NCBI GenBank assembly: GCA_028020825.1
Contig: CM051622.1
Span: forward strand, 17,824,261-17,888,260
Reading direction: 5' to 3'
Source: Podargus strigoides
Taxonomy: Eukaryota
Length of the DNA stretch: 64,000 nucleotides
Numbering within the stretch: position 1 is the first letter of the stretch; the number at the start of each line of letters is the position of its first letter. Below, piece after piece: positions 24,923-37,607 of the stretch. Made by a program: the position numbers and the translations under genes. A model generated the notes under the pieces. That model saw nothing but the letters and a program-made list of their open reading frames with translations. It was not told the origin of the DNA and did not search any database.

Positions 24923-26587
24923 GTAAGTACACTGTGTATAACTTAAAGTATTTGGAAATACTGAATTTGTGTGGCAGAATTACTGGCTTGGGTATGTCAC
25001 CTACAGCAACTGGAATTTACCACATTTGTGATAAATCCATTACAAATCGCATTCATCAACTGATGGGAGTTAGAGAGTGGTAACTCTGCAATTTGGCATA
25101 GCTGAATTCTCAAACTAAATCTTGACTAACGTAATATATTGAAATTGTTATTGATTCCGAAGTTGGAGATGAAATGTTTGCATCAAACTTGTAGTGTGCT
25201 TAAGTGACAAATCTTCCCAAACTTATCATTAAGGTTCCCTCCCATTCCCTTGTAGTAAGAGAAGAAATACCACTTCTGTGTGTTTAATCTGCACCTAAGT
25301 TATCTCTTTGGAAGGTCTGTTATTACAAGACAAGTCCTCAGATAACTAACTCTGACAGCAACAGACAAGAAGAGTTGTGAAGCTTTCCTGGGGAAGATGA
25401 GGCTGATAAGGAGATAACGCTGCTGCATTTAAGTTGTTGGCTTTTTAAAAGATAATCCACGGGCTGTATTCATGAAAATCATTAAATATTCTTTCATTCA
25501 TATTTTTTGAATACTGATGAAAATAAAAAGATAGTTAAATAGAAATATTTGATTCCAAAAGGGAATTCTTGAATTTACTTTTTTCAGAAGGAAGCAAATA
25601 AGTGGATTTTCATCTCCTAGCTCAGAAATATGACTAAACCCTAGTAACACTTTTCTTGTACTAGTCACAATTTTTAATAACATTTTTGTAAAGTTGAGCA
25701 GCTGAATTGTTTTGTCACTGTCACCAGGATATTTTGTTGTTGCAGCTATATTGAGGTGCCTGCTTGTGGCCTGCAAACAACTGGATATGTTGCTTTAATA
25801 TAAGTTGCTTTGTAACACTGATAACTAAGGTGGATTTTTTTGGTTGCTCGCTCATTCTCCTTTCTTTAGTTGGACTGGGAAGAAAATAGAAGAAACAGGA
25901 GCAAGAAAACTCACGGGTCAAATTAAAGGCATGGAAATGGCTTTCCAAGTACTGTTGCAGGCAAAACAGGCTTAATTTAAATTAATTAATAATTAGCATA
26001 AATATTTAATTACCGATTCAGGCAAATGTTTATAGCATGTACCCTCCCCCTTTCCCATGCTCAACTTGGCTTCAAGCACCTCTCCTCCCCCTCCTACACT
26101 CCAGTTACACTCAGTCCCTTCAGTGAGGCAGTGAGTAGTGCAGGGGTTGGGGTCAGGACATAGCACCTTCTCCCTGCTGTTCTTTCCTTCTAGCTCTTTT
26201 CTTCCTGTGGCCCAGCATGGGCCCTCCATGGGCCACAGTCCCTTCAGGAGTGTGCTTCTTCCCCCACAAAATACCTCCTACTTGTCTGACCTTGATATTC
26301 CCTATGTTACTTCTCTGCTGTTCCATCTTCTCTTTCTCTATTGTTTTCTGCCCTTCATTAAATGAGAGGTGCCACCAGGTTCTCTGAAGGGCTCAGCCAT
26401 GCCCTGTGGAGGGTCTGTTGCAGAGAGGACTGAAACAGACTGTGTCTACCATGGAGCAGCACCTGCTCTCCTCTCTTGGAGGTGGCCTCTGCAGCCCCTT
26501 TCCCCAGCTACCAACACCTTGCCAATTACACCCAGTACACCATGTCTTTTAGTTGGAATGATGTTTCCATTTGGGTACAGAGGCAAG

Positions 26588-26622
26588 GGGGTTTTTTGGG
26601 GGGGGGGGGGGTTGGGGGGTTT
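26588..26622. repeat. G-rich tract (G5, G12, G6 runs)
   Basis: gggggttttttggggggggggggttggggggtttt. Confidence 0.85.
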
Positions 26623-28186
26623 TGGCTTGCTTTTTCCAGTGCACATGGGTCTCTAACCCTTCAGAGCTCATTTGTCACACTTTTGTCACACCTCACTGAA
26701 TTTTTTATTTGTGAAGATGCATGTCTGCAAAAAAGGCAAGAGACTGGTGAATAATTTAAACCTACTTTAGCTTATTTGGAATCACAGTTGGTTAATGATT
26801 CCTCTTCCGTGTTTAATGTTGTTGAGGGATACCCGAGCCAGCTCTAAACTAGTATAAGACAATATAAGCAGGAGAGCAGAGTGCTCCATTGAAGCTGGCT
26901 TGCTGACAAGCAAACATCAGTTACCTTAATCTTGCATTGGGGTAGGAAATAGTCCATACAGAATTCCAGGATGGAACTTTAGAGTCTGAAGTTCATTCCA
27001 AATTGATTGTGGGTTTTTTTGTGGGTTTGCGATGATAATGCTATACTGGAGTTACTAGAGAAGAGGTTGTGAGACATGTAACATGTATTTCACTTGGGAG
27101 AACTCTCTGTGCCAGATTGCCTGTGTCCATTTCATAGGTCAGACTAGTTGTATGCAAGGTAAGCATGTTTGACCTATGTTGTTCATTTCTTTTCTGGTTC
27201 TACAAGTTAGCTGTTTTACCCAGCAGTTTCCAAATACCTCTATCAGGAAGGTTTGCATAAATAATTGTGGGGCAGTATGTAGTAGATGATTCAATACTGA
27301 CTGACAGAGCAGTTTGTTTCCTTCCTGTGAAGGAAAAGACAGGTGGTATATCTCTGAAAACAGAACAGAGTTTCTTCCTGGAGGCCAGAAATGGCCAGCA
27401 GTTAAACTCTCACTTGCTGTCTCTTTTAGTCAGTGATGTTTACAAGAAGCCAGTTCTTTTGCATTAACAAATTTCTTTTCAAGCTGCAATCACATCAGGC
27501 ACAACTCATGCAGACTTGCTGGGCTGTAGCTCAAAATAAATACCATCCAACTCCTGATTGCTGTTGGGCTTTATTCTATCCAGTTCACACAATTTAAACA
27601 ACTTTTCATCAGGGTGGTATCATGACAATACTTCGTTCAGTACTCTACTTAGGAAACTGCTAGCACCAGTTGTGTTGTATTTATATTCTCAGGGAATGCT
27701 AGAAAAGTAAATGTTTCACTAATATTAATATTCTTTACTTCTAAAAGGAATATTTACACATCTTCAAAGTTGAATGTTGCAGCTTTGACTCACAGGCAAC
27801 ACTGATTTCCTGAAGCATGATATTAATAATTTGATGTGTTCTAAGCCAGACACAAACATTAATGTTCAGCAGCCCATTTGTGTCAGGCTTGCTCTTCTGC
27901 TGGCAGCCCTATATTGCGTAGTACTTTCATCTCTCAGTAGAATGTGCAAGGATACCTTCTGAAGAAGAATAAAAATAAGTTACTATTGTGAGTGTTTCAG
28001 AAGTAGAATATAAAAATGTTTTTGTCTTTTGTTGGGAGGTTTTTTTGCTTTTCAAAGTTAGTTGTTACTCTTCACTCTTCATGTTGAATGATTCCTGTCA
28101 TGTTGAACTGTGATTATTGAGCTCTTTTTCACTTTGTTTAAAATGTGTTTAAACTTTCCATTCCAATTATTTTATGCTCTTTACAG

Positions 28187-28408
28187 GTACACTGAAAGTA
28201 CTGCTGGAAGGCCTGATGAAATAGGGGATGTTCCTCTAGAAGAAGTTCCTGAAACCTCAGAAGCTTTAAATCCCATAGACATGGAATCTGTGGATGAAAG
28301 AGATTTCAAATCAATTTCTAAGAAAGAGCTACAAGTGAGAATTAGTCATGTTGTGTCACCTAGTAAAATTTTTATACAGTGTCTGTCATCAGGAAGTATA
28401 CTGAAAAG
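28187..28408 (+). CDS. RNF17: RNF17 exon, Tudor unit 3 N-terminal part (G YTESTAGRPDEIGDVPLEEVPETSEALNPIDMESVDERDFKSISKKELQVRISHVVSPSKIFIQCLSSGSILK)
   Basis: ORF track 28110..28415; acceptor ttatgctctttacag| and donor ag|gtacta; phase 2 in / 2 out. Confidence 0.65.
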
Positions 28409-28990
28409 GTACTAAAATTCAAAGAACTTTTCTCCAGTTAAGGCATTCTTATTACAAACTGGTGAAGTGTAGTTAGTTAGGATGGTGTAGTTAGGACTCT
28501 GATTACGGTTGCATTTGGCACTGGGTACTCTTTTCAATGCTACTGACTTCCCTTGTTTTGTTGAGAAAAGTATAGGAAGAGAAGGCAGATTGGTAATTTG
28601 TTGTGGTTTATTAAATATTTGTGATTCCAAATTAAGCATGTGACTTAACTCCTATTTCAGAATAGTTTTAATGTAGTAAGTTTTGGAGCCTTATAAATGC
28701 AACACTGTCCAGAAAGATTAAATCCTTCTGTTCTTTATTTTCTCCTCCCCATTCCTTCATTAGAAATCTTGTTAAACAATACCGGTATCCTAAGTCATAG
28801 AACTTCAAGTTATACCTTTCAAGGTGATTCTAATGTGCTGTTAGGAAGGTTTGAAGGCAACCTTTAGACAAAGCGTATCAGCCTTCCTTTGGTAGATAAT
28901 TAGGTAACATTTCAAACAGTACTCACTATTACCTAAGACAGTTACATGGAAATAGCATTGCTTAGTGCAAGTGTGTATGTTCAACAGTTA

Positions 28991-29295
28991 ATAAAACTTT
29001 ACTGTATCACAGAATCACAGAATGTTAGGGATTGGAAGGGACCTCAAAAGATCATCTAGTCCAATCCCCCTGCCAGAGCAGGAACACCTAGGTCAGGTCA
29101 CACAGGAACATGTCCAGGCAGGTTTTGAATGTCTCCAGAGAAGGAGACTCCACAACCACTCTGGGCAGTCTGTTCCAGTGTTCTGTTACCCTCACTGTGA
29201 AGAAATTCTTCCTCATATTTATGTGGAACCTCCTATGTTCCAGCTTGCACCCATTGCCCCTTGTCTTATGCTCATTAAGCAGTAATGGCTAAATA
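28991..29295 (-). mobile_element. CR1 fragment, antisense, ending about 55 bp upstream of RNF17 exon 29352
   Basis: cacagaatcacagaatgttagggattggaagggacctcaaaagatcatctagtccaa...ctctgggcagtctgttccagtg... Confidence 0.8.
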
Positions 29296-29351
29296 ATCCC
29301 TTTATTCCCTGGATACAATTTTATGACTAGAAAAGTTTCTTTGAATGTTAG

Positions 29352-29502
29352 TTTACAGGAGAAGATGTCTGCCTTCTACAAAGAATCCCAGCCACAGTCT
29401 GTGAAGTGGGAAAGCGGCATGCACTGTGCTGTTTACGTACATGATTTGAAACAGTGGCAAAGAGGTCAAATAAGCAGGATTGTCTCTGAAACAAGAGCAG
29501 AG
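29352..29502 (+). CDS. RNF17: RNF17 exon, Tudor unit 3 (S LQEKMSAFYKESQPQSVKWESGMHCAVYVHDLKQWQRGQISRIVSETRAE)
   Basis: ORF track 29323..29520; acceptor tctttgaatgttag| chosen to satisfy the incoming phase; donor gag|gtaaac. Confidence 0.65.
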
Positions 29503-30587
29503 GTAAACTTGTTATTGTAAGAGGATTCATACTTTTATTTCTAAAGTTTGTAAGCATTCATTGATTAAAATGTCAAATTTTTGCTGCATACTTCTATGTC
29601 AGTGTTTTCTCATAAAGCCTTTTGCTGTTGTCAGGAGTTTAAGGTACGTTCTACGCTGCTAAGATTACTGTCTCATCAAAGCTCACATGCCTTTAGAAGG
29701 GAACCTGGCAATGAAGGAAGGCTCAAGAGGTTGACTTAGTGTGTATTTACACTACACTTTGCAACACAGCACAGATTCTCAAGCTATAGCCTAACAGTTC
29801 AGCTTAGATTCCAGAAACTGTGTGAACTTCAGGGTCACATTAATTCAAACTTAATGAGCCTTGCTAATAGACGGAGTCAGCTGGACTGAGTGCAGCACCC
29901 CAGGAAGACGTGTAGTCATGCTGTTGCTTGCACCCTAAACTGATGGTGATGCACTGTGCCATGTAGGTGTAACATTTTCCACAGTAACTTCTCACACAGT
30001 GATGCTTTAAACATGTGTTTTGTTGCAGTCACTCGAAAAGACTAAGGAGCATCAGAATAGGCATTTTGTGAATAGATAGCTACTTACTTCAAAAGAAAGA
30101 GTGGATTTTTAATCATACAGATAATCCAGGACTGGATTACTCTTGGTTCTCTCCACCATCATCAGATGATGCCCATGGGTCTTGTTAACAGGAAGCAGAA
30201 GTGGGACTTTCTGTACTTCTGGTTTGCATCACATGCTTTCTAAGGCTAAGAGCCTTCAAACAGCCTTTTAACCACATCAGAATAAAAAGCAAAGGGTAGA
30301 GGGGAGCTATTTCAGCATTTCTAGGTTTACAAATTTAAATGCACCAACGTAACTGAAGCAGGGGAAAATAAATTTTCTTACTCAAGTAACAGCCTCTGTA
30401 AAGTTGTCTAACCCCCTTTGAGCACATTTGTGTCTTTTGTCCTCTTGGTATGTTGTAGTAGTTATTTGTGTTGTGTGATGGAGTACTTTGGTGCAAAGGC
30501 CATTCGTTGAATCCTGGTAATGTTTGTTTGAATTTTACCTATTCAGGCATACTTTGAATTATCATATTTTATAGGTAAAGCTAAGAG

Positions 30588-30612
30588 GGGGTGTGTGTGT
30601 GTGTGTGTGTTT
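30588..30612. repeat. (GT)n microsatellite about 30 bp upstream of RNF17 exon 30643
   Basis: ggtgtgtgtgtgtgtgtgtgtg. Confidence 0.9.
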
Positions 30613-30642
30613 CTGTTTCACTGTGTTTCTTGTCTGTAACAG

Positions 30643-30761
30643 GTAATACTTTATGATTCTGGAGCTGATGTATCAGTGGATATCAGCTGTCTAAGAAAAC
30701 TTGAGGAAAATATGAAGATAATTAGGACATTAGCAGTAGAATGTTCCCTGGCAGATATCAG
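30643..30761 (+). CDS. RNF17: RNF17 exon, Tudor unit 3 core (VILYDSGADVSVDISCLRKLEENMKIIRTLAVECSLADI)
   Basis: Acceptor cttgtctgtaacag| and donor ag|gtatcc; the xDYGN-like core (YDSGA) is present; phase 0 in / 2 out. Confidence 0.7.
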
Positions 30762-31016
30762 GTATCCTTTCCCTTATACTGCGTAGCAGTATTAGGAACC
30801 TTATAATGACTAATGACATAACTTAATGTTTTCCTGTGTTAGCACTTATTATCTAAGATTTGGATGTGGTTTGCTTTTTGAGTAAAGAAGAAATGGGATG
30901 GTGGCTGTGATTTGTTTAATAAAGGTTTGTGAGGATTTTTTTTTGAGGGTTATGCTGCAGAAATTGTGCTACAGAAAGAAAAAATACAGGATGAATTATA
31001 AAATACTGGGCAGATG

Positions 31017-32135
31017 ATAGAATCACAGAATGGTTGGGTTTGGAAGGGACCTCTGAAGATCATCTAGTCCAACCCCCCTGCTAGAGCAGAAACCAAGAAT
31101 AGATCACACAGGAACACATCCAGGTGGGTTTTGAAAGTCTCCAGAGTAGGATATTCCACAACCTCTCTGGGCAGCCTGTTCCAGTGCTTCATCACCCTAA
31201 AAGTAAAGAAATTTTTCTTTATGTTTAAGTGGAATTTTCTGTGTTCCAGTTTGTGCCTGTTGCCCCTTGTCCTGTCACTGGGCATTACTGAAAAAAGACT
31301 GGCCCCATCCTCCTGACACCATCCTTTAGGTATTTATAAGCATTGATGAGGTCCCCCCCTCAGCTTCCTCTTCTCCAAGCTGAACAAACCCAACTCCCTC
31401 CCGCATAGATGCTCTAGTCCCCTAATCATTTTAGTGGCCCTGCACTGGACTCTCTCCAGTAGTTCCTTGTTCTTGAGCTGGGGAGCCCAGAACTGGACAC
31501 AGTATTCCAGGTGAGGCCTCACCAGAGCAGAGTAAAGGGGGAGGAGAACCTCCCTTGACCTGCTGGCCACTTCTCTTAATGCACCCCAGGATACCATTGG
31601 CCTTCTTGGCTGCAAGGGCACATTGCTGGCTCATGGTCAACCTGTTTTCTAGCAGGACTCCCACGTCCTTTTCCCCAGAGCTGCTCTCTAGCGGCTCAGC
31701 CCCCAGCCTGTACTGATCCATGGCGTTGTTCTTCCCCAGATGCAGGACTCTACACTTGCTCTTATTAAATTTCATTAGATTTGTCCCTGCCCAGCTCTCC
31801 AGCCTGTGCAGGTCACGCTGGATGGCAGCACAGCCCTCTGGTGTGTCAGCCACCCCTCCCAGTTTTGTATTGTCAGTAAACTTGCTGAGGGTGCACACTG
31901 TCCCGTCATCCAGGTCATTGATGAATATATTGGACTGGACCCAGTGCCAACCCCTGGGGGACACCACTAGTCACAGGCCTCCAACTAGACTCTGCCCCAC
32001 TGACAACAACTCTCTGAGCTCTGTCCTTCAGCCAGTTCCCGATCCACCTCACTGCATAGTCATCCAATCTATACTTCTTAAGCTTGTCTGTGAGAATGCT
32101 ATGGGAGGCAGTGTCAAAAGGTTTTTCTCATTTCA
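31017..32135 (-). mobile_element. CR1 element, 5'-truncated, antisense, retaining an ORF2 reverse-transcriptase C-terminal remnant
   Basis: Begins atagaatcacagaatggttgggtttggaagggacc. Minus-strand ORFs 31431..31967 and 31334..31621 read as CR1 RT/ORF2 C-terminus (...[48 protein letters not shown]..., ...[25 protein letters not shown]...). Confidence 0.85.
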
Positions 32136-32631
32136 CTGAATGCTTTTTTTCCTTGGCTCAGAATTTGAGCTAGATCAGATCTCATGAAAATGTACAAGAG
32201 GTCTCTGTTCTAGAGTACAGAAAAGAGAGAGAACTGGGATATTCTCCCATGCATTTGTGTGCTCTTCATACTAGGAAGAAAAATAATCATGTTCAGAATA
32301 CCCATTCCCTGAATGAATATAAAAAGCCCAAGTTGCAGATGAAGTATGGATTTTCCTTTGTTGTTAAGACAGGTGTCATAGCTCTGGAACTCATGGTCCT
32401 CCTCATTTTGAAGTTTTTGGGTTATATTTTGAATTCCTCCTCTCTTACAGAGCCAGAGATGAACAACCATTTCTTTCTACTGCTGACTGTAATGGAGATT
32501 GTCTTTTTATCCTGACAGTTCAGGCAGTTTCAAAAAAATCAAAATCTCAGTGAAGGGAAGGGTTTGTGGTTAAGCTCAGGAGGTGTGAACTTGTCTTGTA
32601 CTAAAGGAGATTGTCATTTGTTCTGTGTTAG

Positions 32632-32722
32632 ACCAACAGGTGGAAGTATACAGTGGACAGCAACAGTGTGTGATTATTTATCCTCATACCTAACTGGAGC
32701 ACAAGTAAAAATAATCATACAG
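32632..32722 (+). CDS. RNF17: RNF17 exon, Tudor unit 3 ([31 protein letters not shown])
   Basis: Acceptor ttctgtgttag| and donor cag|gtttgt; the phase matches exon 30643 across the CR1-containing intron. Confidence 0.6.
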
Positions 32723-33546
32723 GTTTGTAATTAAAATTTATAAAGTTTCTGACAGATCATGTGTTAATTTTTTTCTGAATATTTTTACTCTTCAAAAAAG
32801 TCCTGAGTGGAACTTGCTTAGATTGCTGTTTGCCGTAGGGAAAAAGATGCTTTTTCTTTTTTTTTCCTGCTATATTTTCTTTATTCACTGGAGGATTAGA
32901 GCAGTTTTGCTACCCTGTGTGGAAAGAACACAGTCTTAGATATCTTTAGTTACTGAAGAAGAATATCTACGTCTTTGGGATCACTGGATGTTGACACCTT
33001 TTATGGCTGGGTGAGCAAAATGCTCATGTTCTTGAGCGTAATTTCGGCGGCTCTATATTAGTTTTCAAGCCTCAGAAACTGAAAGTTTGATGCTGTATGA
33101 AGATCATTAGTGATTGATTACTTCCACTGGTAAAAAAAAAAATGGAATTGTTATGAGGGTTTGACTTGTTTAGTGTCTGTTGGCAGCTGCCAGTGAGGTC
33201 TTACAGTGTTTCTGGAAAGAAAAGCACTGATGAGCAAAGTTATTTATGAGTAGGTTTAAAGCTTCTGCTGGAGGAAAACAAGTGTTTGGCAGTTCATTCT
33301 GATACAACAGCTAAGGGAAGAAGCAAGGGTTTATTCTGTTGCTTTTTTTAATGCCATGTTTAGTACAGTTGGTAAAATGATGGGAACTGTGACATGGATT
33401 AAATAAATTTGCTGTCTTCTGTTGTGGGCATCAGTCGTTCAGTGATGTCTGATTTGCAGTCAGTATCAGTAAAATGAAAAGTATGCCTGTAGTGTAGAGG
33501 AAATGCATATTGTAATATGTTGTCCATCTCTCTTTTTTTTTCCCAG

Positions 33547-33662
33547 GAAAGTGATGTGGATCATGCCTTGCCTGTGAAAATTCTTTGCAAAGATGAAACA
33601 GGACAATTGATTGATATTTCAGAACACCTTATTAAAAAGGGTTTGGCTTTTAGAAAAAGGAG
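33547..33662 (+). CDS. RNF17: RNF17 exon, Tudor unit 3 end (ESDVDHALPVKILCKDETGQLIDISEHLIKKGLAFRKR)
   Basis: ORF track 33517..33723 frame; acceptor ctctttttttttcccag| and donor ag|gtttgg; phase 0 in / 2 out. Confidence 0.6.
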
Positions 33663-33978
33663 GTTTGGATGCTTTTCTTCTATATTATTTCAGACTCGTA
33701 ATATTCACATCGTGATAAGCTAATAAGTAAAACAAAAATTTGGATTGTCCTCTACAGATACGTAGCAGCAGAACTCCTCTTTAGTGACCTCTTAGTATAA
33801 CATTATTAATTGTATCCATTGCGTGTTTCAGTTCTCTGAGTTGGTAGATGAGGTGTTTTAACAAGCATTTGCCATCTTTGTGTGTTTTGGGTTTTTTTAC
33901 TTCTATTATTTTATTCTGTTTCCCTTTTCAAGTTCATTGTCAGTTAATATGTGAATATGATTTGTTTTAATCTGCTAG

Positions 33979-34286
33979 AACTGATAAAGCTGCAGTAGCT
34001 TGCTCAGTCTCCAAGGAACATCTTAAAGTACATTTAGAGCAAGAGAACACACCACTGGATGGTTGTAATTCAGAAACTGCAGATGTGAAAAACAGCACTG
34101 CTGCAGAGGAAAACATCACTGTTTTGGAGAGTGAACAAAAATTATGCAAAACACATAAGGCAGAGCTTCATTCAGGACTGGATGAAATATATAAATCCCA
34201 CACTATACCTGAAGCAAAAATTTTTCAAGCTGTAGTAAGCTGCATTGGACGTGATGGAACTATTTACATAATACCAAAATCATTTG
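33979..34286 (+). CDS. RNF17: RNF17 exon, linker plus Tudor unit 4 N-terminal part (R TDKAAVACSVSKEHLKVHLEQENTPLDGCNSETADVKNSTAAEENITVLESEQKLCKTHKAELHSGLDEIYKSHTIPEAKIFQAVVSCIGRDGTIYIIPKSF)
   Basis: ORF track 34085..34300 and its upstream in-frame extension; acceptor tttaatctgctag| and donor g|gtaagt; phase 2 in / 1 out. Confidence 0.65.
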
Positions 34287-34379
34287 GTAAGTTTATGTAG
34301 AAGGCAAATAGATTATGTCTGTGAATCTCTATGGCTTTAGTATGTCAGAGTATACGAGATGTGTTCTAGTACACATGTT

Positions 34380-34680
34380 CTGTATCAGAACACAGTTCTG
34401 GAAGATTCCTGTTGGGGAGGATTGCTGTTGGGGAGTGACGAGGCCTTTGGTGTGGAGGGCGAGGGATGTGTGCCCGTGCACTTCTTGCTCTGCAGCGGTG
34501 GGGAGAGGTACTGGAGCTCCCAGCGGAGGAAACCCACATCCCCAGGTGGTGCCTTGTCTTTAAACCCACCAGAACAGGCTCTCCTGCCCTTCCACCCACC
34601 CAAGAGACTGAACGGCCTCGAGTACTGGGGCCAGGTGGGTTATGTCCCTCTCTTCTCTGCGCAGTATTAGGTAAAGCAGC
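34380..34680. other. CpG-containing GC-rich ~300 bp block inside the RNF17 intron between exons 33979 and 35529
   Basis: Five overlapping ORF-track entries on both strands, which is the signature of GC-rich non-coding DNA. Several CpGs (gacgagg, ggcgagg, cccgtgc, cagcggtgg, acggcctcgag). Possibly an LTR remnant or an intronic CpG-rich element. Confidence 0.3.
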
Positions 34681-35528
34681 AAGTGCTTTATTTTCTAATG
34701 TTGAGATTGTGATACAGCTTACTGATAATGAAGATACAGTCCTGAAGGTTCTCAAAAGTTACCCCGGTTCTCAAATATTACTGGGTTTTTTTCTTTCAGT
34801 GTGAGTGCAGTACCCAGTTTCCTTGAGCTCCTTATTTGTACTGTAGTAGAGTTCATGTCTCTTAATATTTTCTGTTTGTACTGTTTCAAAAGGTACACTT
34901 TCATTTGACAGATGCAGTGTCAGTCTTCAGTACCATGATAATACATTGTACTTGAGAGAAATGTTTCTGTATGAGAACATTTTTATTTTTTTACTCTGCA
35001 AATACATTTAACTGTTAGATTACATCATAAAACTTTGAAATTCAAAGTAGAGTAAACCCCACTTGCCCAAGACTGTAGTGTTCTTGCAATTGTTGCTGTT
35101 GACTGCACCCATAGCAGAAGAGGGTCATCTGGATGCATGTTCTGTGTTACTTCATGGTGTCCTACCATTGTCTCTGGGAATCTATTGTCTTGTTTATGGA
35201 GAGCCTCTTGTATTACTGCTGTCAAGGTGTCAGTTGCAAAATTTACCGACCCTTCTTCTCTGAGATTAGAATCCAGAATTACTAATGGCTTCACAGTTGG
35301 AAATGCAGCTTACTGTTTAAGTAGTAACTCACTTGCATATACTACATATTGACCATACATACCATGTCAGTGTTGGAAAATATTTTTTGGAGCAGCACGT
35401 ATGTATTTTATGTTTACACATGTCTTCATCTGAATCTGCTGGTTTGTAATGATTGAAATAAAATGCACTAATATGTTATAGACTGTTTTAAATTTATTAT
35501 TTTTGTTATTCCGCCTTTGCTCCCCCAG

Positions 35529-35692
35529 AAATTGGACTAAACAAATTGATGGCTGAAATACAAAGTAACTTCAAATGTCTTGGTCTTCTGGAACCCTACT
35601 GCTGGAAAAAGGGAGAAGCTTGTGTTGTAAGAGGATCAGATACCAGGTGGTATCGAGGTAAAGTTGTAGAAGCCGGTGGTAGTTCTCTCCAG
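35529..35692 (+). CDS. RNF17: RNF17 exon, Tudor unit 4 core ([55 protein letters not shown])
   Basis: ORF track 35546..35737; acceptor tttgctcccccag| and donor cag|gtaagt. Confidence 0.7.
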
Positions 35693-36468
35693 GTAAGTTT
35701 GATTGTGTGTGTCTGTGTGTGTGCACATGTATGTTAAAAAAGGCAAATAATTTAATCCTCTAAAATAAATTTATGATCATACCTTTTGTTCAGCTGACCT
35801 GACTATCCACATGCTTGTTCTACGTAAGTCTGATAACTGCCCTGATTTTTATATTCATTTTAAAGATTAATTCTGTCTGCCTATTTCAGTTGTCACAATT
35901 TTTCCCATAGCTTTCTTGGTGATGATAAATGTTCTTAAGTAAAAAGCTACCCTTGATCACCTGTAAGTAATCCCTTTTAGGTTTTTTCTTCTTCTGTTGC
36001 TGTTACTGTATTTGGAATGCTTTGAAAATATTTAGGTTTACCTTCCCCCCACCGTGTCCCCACCGAAAAAGTAGTGGCTGTTTGGTTTGGATTCTTTCTG
36101 CTGCACAGGTATAGAGCTATGTTTTCTATCTAAACTCTTGAGTCTCCTCATGCTTTTTGAATGTACATTTGCAAGTCTGACACTATGCTAGTTCACTAAC
36201 TTTTTATTTCTTTCAGTGTTAAACTGCTGTAGGTTGTTACACAAAAGGTAGGGTCTCTTGCAAGACAAGTTTAGAAACTGAATTTCTAATCTGCCATATG
36301 AGTTTTTTAATCCTTTTCTTCATTTTCACTTTGTCACATCGCCTGCTTACCAGCAAACCATTATTTTTTTCCTCCAGAAAGGTGAATGCTGTAAATGAAT
36401 GCTTTCTCGTGTTAAACTTGACTTAATAAACCAGTAATTATTTCAAGAGAACTTTTCTTTTCATATAG

Positions 36469-36588
36469 GTACAGTACATAGACAGTGGTGCCATAGAGAG
36501 GATTCCTCGGTGTCATCTTTATCCAACTACATTGTATACTGGTAGTCCTCCCTTTTGCATACCATGTCAGCTCTACAAGACAGTACCA
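36469..36588 (+). CDS. RNF17: RNF17 exon, Tudor unit 4 core part 2 (VQYIDSGAIERIPRCHLYPTTLYTGSPPFCIPCQLYKTVP)
   Basis: ORF track 36532..36717 frame; acceptor cttttcatatag| and donor cca|gtgagt. Confidence 0.7.
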
Positions 36589-37607
36589 GTGAGTAATGTC
36601 AAATTTGAAGACATTTTAGTAGTTACTCAGATCAGTACACTGTTTAGTCATACAAAGGTCAAGACTAGTTGCTGGTATTTTTTTCTTGCCTACGAGGACT
36701 CAGAGAATAGCTCATGATGATTGGCAAGGCTGCCTTTTATTAGGAAATTGTAGATTGCTTTATGAAGTGACATGCTTCAAAAGCAGCTGTCATTGGAATT
36801 CAATCTTTGTGAGACAGGACACTGCAGTCGTTGGCAGGATGATATTCTGAAGTGGCAGTTCATTTTGCAATAGCAGCAACAAGAAGTAAGGTCTGGATTT
36901 CTTAATGCAAAATGGCCAGGAAATTGTAAATCTGCAAGCCCTGCAGAAGTGTTTATATCATTATAAACTCGGCTGTGTAAGAAACCCATCTCTTATGCTA
37001 AACTAATGCAAGTTAATTGTTTTAGGGGTTTTTGTTAGTAAGTAATTGATATGTAAATAACATCTTCACATATCGCATCCAAGCTTGAATAGTGTATTTA
37101 CTAAATATGCATTACCGGAATGACTAAATTGCTTTCAAGATTATTTTTAAAGAAAACCTTTTTTTTGCTGGAAACAGTTCAACTGATTAAGAAAGACAGG
37201 CTTATAAGCCTGTGGGTTGGGAGGCAAACAGGTACTGCAGGGAATAAAAGAAGTATTTAAAGTGTCCTGCATTTTCCGTTGTCTGTCTTCAAGTGTAATC
37301 CGGTATCTTTGGATTATGCTTTGAGTGATTGTGCACAGATATATTATTATGTATATAGTAAAGGTTAGACTTGACAAGCTGCTTCAAGATCTGAAAATTG
37401 CTGGTCAGCTTTGTCACACAGTAAGTTTAAGTGTACCAAATAGCAGATAATGTTTAAAGTGTTCTAAACAAATCAAATTAATGATGTGTGTTTTCGAATA
37501 AGTTTTCAAAGGTGGGCACGTATTTTCATCTTGCTGTTTTAAGAATAGTAAGAGTAATACCTGTCAGCATCTTAATGTGTGGGGTTTTCTTGCTTTTCAC
37601 CAAATAG

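Noticed and set aside
31720-32139. 139-aa plus-strand ORF ([18 protein letters not shown]...)
   Set aside because: It is antisense read-through of a CR1 element. The genuine coding remnant is the minus-strand RT fragment.
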